A DNA stretch of 64,000 bases from Squalus acanthias (Eukaryota). Made by a program: the position numbers and the translations under genes. The stretch spans positions 9,736,001-9,800,000 of the forward strand of contig CM059433.1 of NCBI GenBank assembly GCA_030390025.1. Direction: 5' to 3'. Shown here piece after piece: positions 12,200 through 24,996 of this stretch; the first letter of the stretch is position 1, and each line of letters begins with the position of its first letter. The notes under the pieces are model-generated. The model was not told the DNA's origin. It searched no databases and worked only from the letters and a program-made list of their open reading frames with translations.

Positions 12200-12374
12200 G
12201 GAGGTGAATCTCTACAGGGGTTCTCCAATCATCCGCTGTAACTTCTTCGGAAAGAGCGACGGAAATCCCAGAAAATGTCACAAATGGCGTTTACGCCATT
12301 TTTCCAGGGTTTTCCGCAACTCTTCCACCAAAGTTACGGTGGAGGAGCAGGAGAACGCCACAGAAACTCCCCCC
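12200..12374. mobile_element. Foldback (palindromic) Harbinger-type MITE
   Basis: The whole element is an imperfect inverted repeat (gtaacttcttcggaaagag / ctcttccaccaaagttac); flanks CCA/TCA. Confidence 0.6.
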
Positions 12375-12899
12375 TCAGATGCTTATTGAGCAGTGTGTAC
12401 CACTGCACCAAACACTGTGCCTACACGTTTCTAGCCTCTGTACCATGATTGCTTCCAGGTTGAAAGACAACTCCTTCAAGAAGCCTCTTCACCACTTTTT
12501 CAGGGACGGGCAATAAATGTGGCCTTTCCAGTCTTCCCAACATCCCAAGGGAAAAGAAAAGAAAACAACTTGTGGCACTCATAGTGGTTCGCTTGGAATC
12601 TGAGGGATTCTTGTCGTGAGCTGGCCTTTCAAAATGACAATAAGAAAAACCACAAATGCTGCAAATCAGAATTAAAAACAAAAACTGCTGGAAATACAGA
12701 GCCGGTCGTTCAGCACCTGAAATAGAAAAGGTAACATTTTAGTTCTATCATTGGAGATCTGTTAGAAAACTTTGGTCCTTATTGAAGTGATAGCTGCGCT
12801 CAGTCTGAGGAAGCTGCGACAGGAGTAGCCTCTGGATGAGTGGACGGTAACGGAGGCACAGCACCAGAAGAATGGCTGGGCTGCAAGATTAGGTTCTAA

Positions 12900-13489
12900 G
12901 GGGGCTAAATTCGGTTGATTTGCGCCTCCCGTTAGCGCCGTGTGGCGCTGTGCCACCGGCGCCGTGGGTAGCGCCCCGCTCGCGCCCCGGCTGTAATATT
13001 GGGTGGCACCCCCCCGACTTACCGCTGGACGCTATGTCCGCCGGGGTCAGGGGGACCTACCTGCAGCCAGGGCGGCGCTAGTTAAAGGGGAGGTGGTGGG
13101 CGGCCATTTTTGTTGTTGGCCGCCTGCCAGCACCTGCCCCCGTTGCTGTCCCCGGCCCCTGTGAAGCCCCCCCGCGGGGTGCCGGCTGCTCTCCGTGAGC
13201 CTGGCACTCTTCTTGAGTGCCGGGCTCTTTTGCCGGCACTCCCGATCCCTGGTAGCCCAGCTGGGCCCCGGGTCGCGCTGCGCTAGGCCCCTCCCCTTGA
13301 ATAAGGGGAGGAAGGCCTGCAGTACCGCGGTGCGACGTGCCACAGCGTGTGGTGCTGCGGCACGTAGCGCCATGATATTGGCTCGCAGCGCTCCAAGAGG
13401 GACACGGGGCATTTCCAGTAGCGCCCCTCCTCCCTCTCGGGGAGCTACCTGGGAAATCGGCCGTGGGGGCGCTACCCAATTTTTACCCC
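12900..13489. mobile_element. GC-rich Harbinger MITE
   Basis: GGGGGCTAAATT...AATTTTTACCCC termini, TSD TAA; related to 43195-43835. Confidence 0.85.
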
Positions 13490-13814
13490 TAAAACCGCAA
13501 CCAGACCAGTCTCGGGGTGGGGTGGGGGCGGGGTGGGGGCAGGGGTGGTGGTGAGGGTTGAGAAATAAGAGGATAGAATGACCATGATGTGGTGAATCCA
13601 TTGAGCTTGTACCTTCCAGTAGCCCATGTACAATCTGTACTGTCAGGCACTGTGGCTAATCTCCTGAGCGGGGTAAATTGTCACAGGGGTATTTTCAGGA
13701 GCCAGGACATAATTAAAGTTTAGACTGAATTGAAGACAACAGCAGGACATGCAAACAGCAAACTTTTATTTTAACAATTGCTCATACTACTTTTTTCTGG
13801 GTGCTATGTTTACA

Positions 13815-14697
13815 CAACAACAACTTGTATTTATAGAGCGCCTTTAATGTAGTAAAATGTCCCCAGGCACTTTACAAAAGCGTTATCAATCAAAATTTGA
13901 CACCGGAGCCACATCAGGAGATATTAGGGCAGGTGACCAAAAGCTTGGTCAAAGAGGTAGGTTTTAAAGGAGTGTCTTAAAGGAGGAGAGAGAGGTAAAG
14001 AGGCAGAGAGGTTTATGGAGGGAATTCCAGAGCTTAGGGCCTAGGCAGCTGAAGGCACGGCCGCCAATGCTGGAGTGATTAAAAGCAGGGATGCGCAGAG
14101 GCCAGAATTGGAGGAGCGCAGATAGCTCGAGGGCTTGTCGGACTGGAGGAGGTTGCAAAGATAGCGAGGGGGGTGAGGCCATGGAGGGATTTGAAAACAA
14201 GGATGAGAATTTTGAAATCGAGGCGTTGCCAGACCAGGAGCCAATGTAGGTCAGCGAGCACAGGGGGTGATGGGTGAACGGGACTTGGTGCGAGTTAGGA
14301 TACGGGCAGCTGAGTTTTGGATGACCTCAAGTTTACGTAGGGTAGAATGTGGGAGGCTGGCCAGCAGTGCACTGGAATAGTCAAGTCTAGAGGTAACAAA
14401 GGCATGGATGAGGGTTTCAGCAGCGGATGGGCTGAGGCAAGGACTGAGTCAGGCGATGTTACGGAAGTGGAAGTAGGTGGTCTTGGTGATGAAGTGGATA
14501 TGTGGTCAGAAGCGGCGTCAAATACGACACCAAGGTTGCGAACAGTCTGGTTCAGCCTCAGACAGTTGCCAGGGAGAGGGATGGAGTCGGTAGCTAGGGA
14601 ACGGAGTTTGTGGTGGGGACCGAAGACAATGGCTTCGCTCTTCCCAATATTTAGTTGGAGGAAATTTCTGCTCATCCAGAACTGGATGTTGGACATG
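13815..14697 (-). mobile_element. L2 LINE 3' portion
   Basis: Encodes WMSRNFLQLNIGKSEAIVFG, LADLHWL..QRLDFKILILVFK and GGRAFSCLGPKLWNSL; ggcgctctataaatacaagttgttg tail. Confidence 0.88.
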
Positions 14698-15351
14698 CTT
14701 GCACAGAAGTTAATGGATTGGAAATTCTAATCTTTAATAATCTACCACATTACAGTTGGAACTGCAAATGTTTGGCTTAGTATATGAGTTGCTCTATTAT
14801 ATTTAAATGCTTCAGTGTCAGCAGTGAATCAATTCTTATGCTATTACTGATTGTGGTTGGCTCTTTGGTACCTGCTTTTTAAAATCATTTTGGAAATGAT
14901 GAATCTATATTTTAACTCCCGTCTCTTTAAAAGAGATCAAAATAAAACAGCCAATTCCAGAGCCCACAATCGTGGAGACTAACCTTCTTTTCTGGCAGAA
15001 TTCAAAGCACGTATGTCAGATAATATCGCTAACATTCTGCATGTGTTGGAAAAATGTTGTAGCCTCAAACTCTGGGCAGAATAGATGGGCACAGTAATAC
15101 AGCTCAGGGGGGCACATTTTCATGAAAAAGTAGGTCCAATCAGACTTTTGGGATCCGATCAGAATTCTGAAAATGCAAGGCAAGAACAACGGAAATAAAC
15201 AGCCAGAAGGTCCGTCATACACAACTAGTCACTACCCTCCAAAAGCAATTCAGTTGAGCTGTTTCAACATAAATTTGACCTTAACTTGAATGGGCAGAAA
15301 ATTGCAGGCTGGGAATTAGCGATGTGTACCCCTGGTGCATGCCAAGGATTG

Positions 15352-15568
15352 CCTACATAGGATTACATCGGATATACGGCACAGAAACAGGCCATACGGC
15401 CCAACCAGTCCATGCTGGTGTTTATGCTCCACACGAGCCTCCTCCCGTCTTTCCTCATCTAAATCTATCAGCGTAACCCTCTATTCCCTTCTCCCTCATA
15501 TGCTTGTCCAGCCTCCCCTTAAATGCGTCGATACTATTCGCTTTCAACCACTCCCTACGGTAGCGAGT
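15352..15568 (-). mobile_element. CR1 3' end fragment
   Basis: tacggcacagaaacaggccatacggccc 3' UTR type shared with 23140 and 63400. Confidence 0.75.
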
Positions 15569-16431
15569 GAAACGGCACATTGTGCTTTAAAGTTTGTGCA
15601 TGGGCAGTTATTTAAGAGCCACAATAGTGACTTTCATTTTCTGGTTGGCAGATCTTCCTTGCTGTTGGCAAGGCAAAAAAAACCAACAACAAAACCCCCC
15701 CAGCATTGATGATGCATATGTGAGGGCTGAGCACTCAGTATGCTCACGACCAGAAGACGTGGCAGGCAGCACGGCTTGCCATTTACATTCGTTGCCTGCG
15801 TCACTGCTGCCTCTTGACAGAAAGAAAGTTGGCAAACAAGCCTCTGAGGTGGCCCTCCACTTGTCCAGCAGCAAGAAGTGCCAATTCATTTATCGTGCCA
15901 CTGTCAGGCAAATGAGCTGGCACTGCTGCCTCTGGAGTTGCTGAGACCCGTTTTGTACAAGTGACATTTGCTGGTGGCTCCGGGAATGACGGTGCTCCTG
16001 GACAAGTTTAAGTGCTAGCTCTCAAAACATCATTAGTCTGCCCAGCAAGCCTTGACTTGCTGGCCTGTACAGACTTTGCCTGGCTTTGGGGGGAAGGTCC
16101 AGTGGCCAGAAACAACTCCAGCGACAATTGTTTCTCTCTTGCTTTGGGGTGCAGTGGAATAGGCAAGACATCGATCGGCCTCTGCCTCCACTACAGAACC
16201 ACTTCTTCAGGCGGTTCCCTACCGTAAGCGCTGATTCAAGTTTTAAGCTACTGAATAGACTGTCACCAAGGTGAATGCTGATTCAATTGAAACATGGAAA
16301 AAGGGCAATGACAGACCTGTGATTCAGCAGAGTGTTGCATTTTTGGGGCCAAGAAAATAAGAAAGGTTGGAAATGGTCTGTGCAAGCCCTGAAAAGCCGG
16401 GCAAGCTGACTGCTAATTTACTGGTTTGAGG

Positions 16432-16552
16432 AGGTGGGGGGTGTGGGGGGTGTGGGGGGGGTTTGGGGGGTGTGGGGGGTGGGGGGGGGTTTGGGGAGGT
16501 GGGGGGTGTGGGGGGAGGGGTTTGGGGAGGTGGGGGGTGTGGGGGGGGGGTT
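16432..16552 (+). repeat. G-rich microsatellite (GGGGGTGT-like)
   Basis: Consecutive G4-G10 runs separated by short T/A-containing spacers. Confidence 0.95.
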
Positions 16553-17216
16553 GGTTATTTGGAGGGTGGAAGTTATGTCCAAAGCAGTTATGAGCTTTAA
16601 GAGATGGGGATTTAAATACTGAGATTCAGTGGCCGCGAAATTCGGCACCTTAGTGCCGGTAGTTAATGCTGGTTTTGGAAAAACGAAGGCCTTTGCCTTG
16701 ATACCGCCCACTTCCAGCACGGCCCCCACTGTTCGCCATCTTGGTGAGGGCGATAGTGCGGGCAGGACGAGCGTGCGCTGGCAGTATGCAGACTAGGCAG
16801 ATCGTGACGTCAGTCAGCGTGTAAGGCTGATTTGGCGCACGACCTGCCATTTTGTATATCGCCACTCCATTCAATGCCCTCTCCTAAACACGCACAGCGG
16901 AACGTGCGTCCAGCTGTACAAGGGACCCCCACCCCCCCCCGCACCCCACCACCAGTGCTATTTAAAGGGATACATTCAATTTGCAGGTAGGTTGATTATT
17001 TCTCTTGTACTGGCTCTTGCAGAGTTTGTATGAATACTGGGTTGCTGGAAGACATTTATAGTGTTGTTAAAGTGTGCAGGGAGTGCTGCTGGACTGCAAC
17101 TAGAGCCCACATGACTGGGAGCAAGAGACGTAGTCAGAGGCCTTCCATAGCAGCCACTGGCAGCAGGCATTGGCTGCTACTATAAGGCCTCTGAGTACAC
17201 CTCTTGCTCCCAGTCA

Positions 17217-19666
17217 TGTGGACTCTAGTTGCAGTCCCCCTTGCGTTGCCGCATGACAGGGAGATGGGGCTGAGGGAGCAAAGAAGACAAGCTGCTCGCA
17301 GAGGGAGGAGGGCTCTCTGCAGGAAGCCTTACCACCTAGGGTCTTCAGGGAGCACTTCTCCTACCTGTACCTAAGCCAGGAGCAGTGTGTTCGGCGACCC
17401 CACTTCACCAAGGAGGTGCTCACAGAACTCTGCCGCCTCTTGGAACCAGACCTGCAGCCTCAGAGCAGGGCAACGACGGCGCTGCCAGTGGCCCTCAAGG
17501 CGATCGTAGCCCTGAATGTTTTTGCCAGCGGATCCTTCCAGGCTGGAACAGGCGACATAGCAAGCATCTCGCTGTTCGCCTTCCATCGCTACATCCGGGA
17601 GGTCACAGAAGCTCTGTACTCTAGGAGAAGGGACTTCATTGTTTTCTCTCTAAACAGAGAGAAGCAGGAGGAGTGTGCCAGGATATCGGGCTTCCCCATG
17701 GTGCAGGGCGCCATTGACTACATACATGTGGCTTTGCGGCGCCGCGATGGTGAGATGTAGCGTAAAAGCAAAGGACTTAATGTGCAGTTGGTGTGCGACC
17801 ACGCCCAGCACATCGTGATGTTGAATGCCCACTATCTGACAGCAGTCAGGAAGCCTTCATCGTGCACCAGTCTGCTGTGCCAGCAATCTTCCAGACATCA
17901 CGTCAAACCCGAGGGTGGCTGCTAGGCGATAAGAGCTATCCGCTATACACCTGGCTGATGACTCCCCTCTGCAAACCCACCACTCGTGGCCAACAATCAT
18001 ATAATGACAGCCATGCTGCCATGTGAAACATCATCGAGCAGACCATCGGGGTGCTCAAGCAATGGTCCTGCTGCTTTGTCCGCTCGGGAAGAATCCACCA
18101 GTGCTCGCCAGGGCAGGTGTCCCAATTCGTGGTGCTCTGCTGCATCCTCCACAACATGGCCATCATGAGGGCACAGGCCGTGCCACCACCTCAGGAGGAG
18201 GAGGAGGAAGGATAGAGGAGGAGGAGGAGGAAGAATGGAGGAGGAGGAGGAAGAAAGGATGGAGGAGGAGGAGGAGGAAGAATGGAGGAGGAGGAGGAGG
18301 AAGGATGGAGGAGGAGGAGGAAGGATGGAGGAGGAGGAGGAGGAAGGGAGGAGGAGGAGGAGGAAGGATGGAGGAGGAGGAGGAGGAAGGATGGAGGAGG
18401 AGGAGGAGGAAGGATGGAAGAGGAGGAGGAGGAAGGGAGGAGGAGGAGGAGGAGGAAGGATGGAGGAGGAGGAGGAGGAAGGATGGAGGAGGAGGAGGAG
18501 GAAGGATGGAGGAGGAGGAGGAGGAAGGGAGGAGGAGGAGGAGGAGGAAGGATGGAGGAGGAGGAGGAAGGATGGAGGAGGAGGAGGAGGAGGAAGGATG
18601 GAGGAGGAGGAGGAGGAAGGATGGAGGAGGAGAAGGAGGAAGGATGGAGGAGGAGGAGGAGGAAGGATGGAGGAGGAGGAGGAGGAAGGGAGGAGGAGGA
18701 GGAGGAAGGATGGAGGAGGAGGAGGAGGAAGGGAGGAGGAGGAGGAGGAAGGGAGGAGGAGGAGGAGGAGGAAGGATGGAGGAGGAGGAGGAGGAAGGAT
18801 GGAAGAGAAGGAGGAAGGGAGGAGGAGGAGGAGGAGGAAGGATGGAGGAGGAGGAGGAGGAAGGATGGAGGAGGAGGAGGAGGAAGGATGGAGGAGGAGG
18901 AGGAAGGGAGGAGGAGGAGGAGGAAAGGATGGAGGAGGAGGAGGAAGGATGGAGGAGGAGGAGGAAGGGAGGAGGAGGAAAGGATGGAGGAGGAGGAGGA
19001 GGAAGGATGGAGGAGGAGGAGGAAGGGAGGAGGAGGAGGAGGAGGAAGGATGGAGGAGGAGGAGGAAGGGAGGAGGAGGAGGAGGAGGAAAGGATGGAGG
19101 AGGAGGAGGAGGAAGGATGGAGGAGGAGGAGGAAGGATGGAGGAGGAGGAAGAGGAAGGGAGGAGGAGGAGGAGGAAGGATGGAGGAGGAGGAGGAAGGA
19201 TGGAGGAGGAGGAAAGGATGGAGGAGGAGGAGGAGGAAAGATGGAGGAGGAGGAGGAGGAAAGGATGGAGGAGGAGGAGGAGGAAGGATAGAGGAGGAGG
19301 AGGAAGGATAGAGGAGGAGGAGGAGGAAGGATAGAGGAGGAGGAGGAGGAAGGATGGAGGAGGAGGAGGAAGGATGGAGGAGGAGGAAGGGAGGAGGAGG
19401 AGGAGGAGGAAGGGAGGAGGAGGAGGAGGAGGAAGGGAGGGAGGAGGAGGAGGAAGGGTGGAGGAGGAGGAGGAAGGGAGGAGGAGGAGGAGGAGGAGGA
19501 AGGGAGGAGGAGGAAGGGAGGAGGAGGAAGGGAGGAGGAGGAGGAGGAGGAAGGGAGGAGGAGGAGGAGAAAGGATGGAGGAGGAGGAGGAAGGGAGGAG
19601 GCAGCCTGCAAATCCACGTTCCAGACGGGCTGTCCGTGAGCGCATCATCAGATATGGTTCCCCTGA
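17217..19666 (+). pseudogene. Harbinger (HARBI1-like) DDE transposase pseudogene
   Basis: Motifs [50 protein letters not shown] and CCILHNMA; several frameshifts and stops; acidic tail expanded. Confidence 0.9.
18192..19601 (+). repeat. ~1.4-kb purine-rich tandem repeat, (GAG)n interrupted by GAAGG(AT)
   Basis: Directly visible; lies between CCILHNMA and the transposase C-terminal helix. Confidence 0.97.
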
Positions 19667-19830
19667 AAGAAACCCCAGATCTCCGTTGCTCAACACTTCC
19701 CCACCTTACCCATCCCTCTGTCACAGAACATCACAGTGTCCTCTTGGCCACAATGCTGAAATGAAAGACACCACAAAACAAACATTCCAAACATAATTTA
19801 TAAATGATGAATTCCAAAACTACATAACAA

Positions 19831-19998
19831 GTGGCGCTGTCCAGGGAGAGTATAAATACTCGGGCATGGGCCCAGCTTGCTCAGGACATTCTTTAACAGG
19901 AACTAGTGAAGGACACAACTAGATCTCCATGTTGAAAAACAGTTGATTAAAGCTTTGTTTAACGCTTAGACCAAGTGCCTAGTAGTTTTCTTACGTCA
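19831..19998 (+). mobile_element. 5'-truncated copy of the short LTR family at 42959
   Basis: Reverse complement of 42959-43126 with few differences; contains TATAAATA and ATTAAA and ends TTACGTCA. Confidence 0.8.
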
Positions 19999-21327
19999 CC
20001 CTGCATCATGGTTGGGTCCACGAGTGCTCTAATGGAGTCGCCCATCACTTCCATCCTGGAAACCATGGGCTCCAAGCTCTGCGCAAAGCCCTGTGAAAGG
20101 TTGGAGTCGGACTCCTCCATGCTTCTTGACGGTAACAACAGGCTCTCTGGCAGGCCTGCCAATGCACCAAGCATTTCTGTGTGCACGCCCGTCACCCTTC
20201 TTCTGAAGGCCGCCCCATCGAAGTCCTCATTTGAGTCCTCTGCAGCAGAACTCGTGTGCGACCTCACCCTCCGGGGAGCTGGCACTCACGCTACCCTTTC
20301 CCCCTGCCCTGGCTGCAGGCCACTTGTGCCCGGTGACTCACCACGTGCACATCCTGCATCTCTACTACCCTCTAAAGTACGCGCAGTGCCGTTTTCTGAG
20401 CTGGTGCCTGCGAGTGTCAGATCGAGTGACAGTGTCGCTTCTTCTCTATCACTCTCCTCCTCCTCTTGTTATTCCTGCACAGTTCTTGGGTATCTGAAAG
20501 GAGAAAGGCACAAGGGTAGGGTTGTGGTGAGGGGAGGGGGAAAAGCATGATGTGCATGCTTACACCATCAGCAGCTTGTAAGTGAGAAGTGATTGTGGGA
20601 TGAGGGTGAGGTGGGATGTGAGAAGAAGGATTAGGTATGAGCATACCATCATCATAAATGCTTTCAGCTTCATCAATCGCCACGGCCTCAGTGACGGCTC
20701 CTCCAATGATGTCCAGCACTGTCTCCTCCGGCTGGATCAGGTTCTGCAGCCGTGCCCCCCGCCTGTTAGCGGCTGCTGGCGCCGGCTATGTGCCACCTTG
20801 GCCTGCAAGAGAGAGGGAAGTGTGACACTGAGTGTGGTGCAGTGTGTTTGGGTGATGTGCCTGCCTTGGTTGAATAGCTGGGATTGTGTACAAGGTGTGA
20901 GATGTGGGTGTGAGGCTTGCAACAGTGGTAAGTGTGTGAGGGTGAGGTGAAGCTAAGAATATGAGGTCTGAGTCATGATTGATAGAGATTGTTGGTAGGT
21001 GAGTGATGGGGGTTTGCTGATTTGAGCAGTGTCTGAGACTAGTGGTGCAGTTGGTGGGATATGGAATTTGAAGACGCATTCACTGATCTTGACCGCTCGT
21101 GTGAGGTCATTAAACTCCTTTAGGCACTGGATCCAGGCCCTGGGGGAAAGACTGATGGCACTGACCGCTTCAGCAATCTGCTCCCACGGCCTTCTTACAG
21201 TCAGTCTGTAGGGCCTCCTGGCCCCCTATGGGTAGAGGACCTGTCTCCTCCTTTCGAGCCCATGCACGAAGGCCTCCAGTGCCACGTCCGAGAACCGAGG
21301 TGCTCTTTCTCTGCCCTGTTGAGCCAT
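19999..21327 (-). pseudogene. Harbinger Myb/SANT-like DNA-binding protein pseudogene, 3 exons (21088-21327, 20647-20802, 19999-20493)
   Basis: MAQQGRERAPRFSDVALEAFV...WEQIAEAVSA...WIQCLKEFNDL; ttgcag and tttcag acceptors, GTATG donor; in-frame stop and a mutated first donor. Confidence 0.82.
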
Positions 21328-22444
21328 TGGCACATTCCCCTTTCCTTAGCTTCACTCTCAATGAGGTGCTTCTTTCAGAAAGCACCTCCCCTTTAAGAAG
21401 TGCAGACAGCGTTTCACACCGCAGGCTACCTTTAAATAGAGATCACACTTCCCATGAAATTGGGGCCCCTGCTGAGCGCTGAGCCAACCAGCAGTGCGTT
21501 GAGCGCTGGGCTCAGTGCTTCAATTGGGGACGTTATTGTCTGTCGCTCTGGTGCTGTAGAACATGCCCTCCTGCTGAGTGAACTAAAGGGACGTTTTCCT
21601 CTTTTTTTTACGAAAAAGCCAATAACCCTGATTTTTTTTTTCTTTGTAGGTTTTAATGGCCAAGAATCAAAAAGGTGACCAGAAAAAAACAATGTTCCGA
21701 CATTTGAGTTCGTGAAACATCAATTCAACAGGAAAAATGATAGAAAATTGAGCAATTATGACAAACCTGTTATCGCACTCCTTTCACACTTCTCAAACAG
21801 TTAAATTGATGGAAACTTTCAGCTGTGGAGTGTGCGAAACTTTCACATAATGGCTTCAGAGAAATGTAGAAAATGCCAATGTATCCGCAAAGCTCAGTCT
21901 TCCCAAAAAAGAAGTCCTACGTGTCAACGCGATTGTGTGATCTCCAAGCTTAAGAAAGATGCTTCTCCTCAAGGCAGCAGGGTACACTGTGCTAATCAAT
22001 CACACAAAACTCAGTGGACATTATATTGCAATTATAATTGTTTAATCATTTCAAATCGACAGCAGTTAAATCCCATTAGTTTACCATTAAATGATTAATG
22101 ATTTTACTTAAACAAGAAAGGCCAACAATGCCTTACAGTAATTTTCAGGCGCTGTTACAATAATAAGATTTTAAGAGACACTCTCGACACGCTGTTAGTG
22201 ATGCAGGGTTCAACAATTCATTACTCTCTTCCCAGAGCACTTGTCAGAATGCCTACGAGTATGTTTAAATACAATGTCATAGACGTTTACGATGATGGGG
22301 GGAAAAAAACCCGTCAAAAAAGAAAGAAAGCAGAGAGGTTTTTAAATTTACTTTCAATTGTTTGTGGTTAATTAAAAAAAATAGTGTTTAGGTGACTTAA
22401 ACATACTTTAATTAAAATTATTTTAATTACAAAGACATTGGCAG

Positions 22445-22890
22445 TGTCAGCTTGGCTTAGTTGGTAGCTCTCTCTAATCTGAAATCAGAATGTTATAGGT
22501 TTAAGCCCCACTTCAACACTTGAACTTAATATCTGGCTATGTAAGCCATGGAGTTTATTATTGGAGAGGCTGTCCTTATGTTCAACTGAGGCACCATTTG
22601 CCCATTTAGTTTGAGGGGGCCATTAAAAAGATTCCATGGCACTATAAAAACACAGAGAAGAACGGAGGGTTCTAATGGTGTCCTGGCAATCATATCACCA
22701 GAAAAGGATTAACTGGTCATTCATCTCACTGCTGCTTGTGGAATCTTGCTGTGTATAAAATGGCTGCTGCATCTGTCTGCACTTTTGCCTACGTAAGGGA
22801 CGCTGCACCTTAAAGTAATCTTTGTCTGTGAAACACTATGTGATGATGTGAAGCACTTAAGATGTTTCTAAGATAAGTGATATGGTGTTA
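22445..22890 (+). mobile_element. Old tRNA/Deu-type SINE
   Basis: Diverged match to the SINE at 30165-30635 (gtcagcttggcttagttggtag head; ggaatcttgctgtg core). Confidence 0.65.
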
Positions 22891-23139
22891 CATAATTGCA
22901 AATGTTTCTTTCAGTTTTGGATTATTAAATTGCCCGTTGACCCCTTGAGTAACGTTTGTTGTTGCCAGAGTGTAATTCAGCTGTCATGGCAATCAGCCAT
23001 GTGATATGTGCTGGCCCAAGAAATGATCGCAGCGATTTGGATAGCTATTTGGGGGAGTGGCAGATTGAAAAGTATTATTTTTTGGGGACAGGCTAGATCA
23101 ATCTAGTGTTTCACAGTCCAAAATTTCCCGTGCTGCTAT

Positions 23140-23548
23140 GTTCATAGAATTACATAGAATGTACAGCACAGAAACAGGCCATTCGGCCCAACTGGTCTAT
23201 GCCAGTGTTTATGCTCCACACACGCCTCCTCCCACCCTTCTCCATCTCACCCGATCAGCATATCTTTCTATTCCTTTCTCCCTCATGTACTTATCTAGCT
23301 TTCCCTTAAAAGCATCTCTGCTGTTCGCCTCAACTACTTTTTGTGGTAGCGAGTTCCACATTCTCACCACTCTTTGGGTAAAGAAGTTTCTCTTGAATTC
23401 CCTATTGGATTTATTAGTGACTATTTTTATATTGATGGCCCCTAATTCTGGTCTCCCCCACAAGTGAAAACATCTCTACAATTACCCTATCGAACTCTGT
23501 CATAATATTAAACACCTCCATCAGGTCATTCCTCAGCCTTCTCCTTTG
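23140..23548 (-). mobile_element. CR1 3' portion
   Basis: Encodes KIVTNKSNREFKRNFFTQRVVRMWNSLP plus 3' UTR. Confidence 0.88.
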
Positions 23549-23599
23549 TGAAAAAAAAAATACCGTGAACCTGCTACACATCTGCACAACATGGGTAGC

Positions 23600-23850
23600 A
23601 GCAAATTCAACCCTACTCTACCTGGGCATGAGGAAGGAGAAGAGCATGAGTAGGCTCACGCTCAGCGGGGAAACTGTAACTGTGGCACCATATGGTCCAA
23701 GTAGACCTGTAGGGAACAGTCACACATCCACATTGTGCCTCTGATGGCAGTAATGTCACCCCTGCATTCAATTTTTATGTCACGGAGTCCTTCCAGGGCA
23801 TCACAATGGCCTGGGATTTACTGAAAACTTTTGCTATAGTAATGGTGCAC
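23600..23850 (+). pseudogene. Very decayed Harbinger transposase fragment
   Basis: NVTPAFNFYVTESFQG resembles the VT.ALNFYASGSFQ motif. Confidence 0.4.
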
Positions 23851-24996
23851 CTACAGTGTATGTAATTATTCCAGTGCAGATGTTCCAGGAAAGAATGGCT
23901 TGAGTGACTTAAGCCATCACTTGCACCACGCCATAATTTCCTGGGACTTTTGCTAGTCCTAATTACCTCAATCTTGTAACATGGCAAACTGCGCACTATA
24001 CCATCGTACACCATGGGACCGGAAGGGGCATTCCTGACAGTAGAGAACTGATCGTCTATGAGGAGCAGGTCATGGAGCCGTTGGGAGAAACTCTGCTCTA
24101 GCCGTGAGAGATGGTGAGATTGGTGGGGTGACAGGTAGTGGGTGGGTGCGCACCGACACAATCGCCATGGCACACAACCAGAAGCTTCAGCGCCCTTCAC
24201 TATCTCTTTAATCCCAGGGGGGGTTATGCTCATCCATTATGAGTTTGTGCTCTCCTTTTCTGCAGCTCCGTCACAGCAACGAGGGGACAGAGGGTAGTGA
24301 AGAGGAGGAAGATGAAAGAAAATTCTTCCTTGTGGATTATTATGATGACATGGAGGAAAAAGATATTGGGGACAAGGCTGCAGGGGATCCCATGAGCAAG
24401 GTCCTGCCCCATGTTCCTCTGCCATAATCCCCTCATGTCATCCACTGTATCACTTACTTTCTCACTCCCGCACACCAGTTCAGAAACTGTCACCTAGGGG
24501 GAATTAGGTAAGTGTTAGTGAGGATGTGGCACAGGGTAATTCACAGAGCATAAGGGAGCCAGAGAAAGGGGGAGTGGGTGAGAATGTGCCAGACTCCAGC
24601 TGAGGCAGACGAGATGGCTGCCCCATCATTACTTGTCTGAAAAGAAGGATATTCAAGGAACATTACACCTACGTGTAGGCTCTGGGTTCAATCTCTGCGG
24701 ATGTGTGATAACTGACAACTGGGACTCTGGAGTCTACAGCCCTCATTTGTGGTAACATTAGGAAAGCTTTTTCTTCATTTCAGGCATCACTGAGGTGTGT
24801 GTGGCTGCTTCGTTGGAATCTGCAGCAGCTGCCCACCTACGGAGCAGCCGGGATCAGTCGGTGCCTCTCCCTCCACAGAAAGACAGACTGCAGCTCTGGT
24901 GGCAGCAGGGGACAGATTGACAGCAACTTTCATATTGGCTTTCTGACACTGCCTGTTGGGGCGCATGCTGCTGTCTCTCAGGGCTTTCAGGATCTT

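Larger units (their letters stand above)
16631..21530. mobile_element. Decayed two-gene PIF/Harbinger transposon (right TIR not found)
   Basis: GGCCGCGAAATTC left end; convergent transposase and Myb/SANT genes. Confidence 0.85.

Noticed and set aside
12900..13600. CpG-island promoter or GC-rich ORFs (also 43061-43775 and 44590-45320)
   Set aside because: Explained by TIR-bounded GC-rich MITEs.
17997..19796. Long ORFs of 350-575 aa (poly-E/G/R and poly-P/S/L)
   Set aside because: They are by-products of the stop-poor GAG repeat in all frames, not genes.
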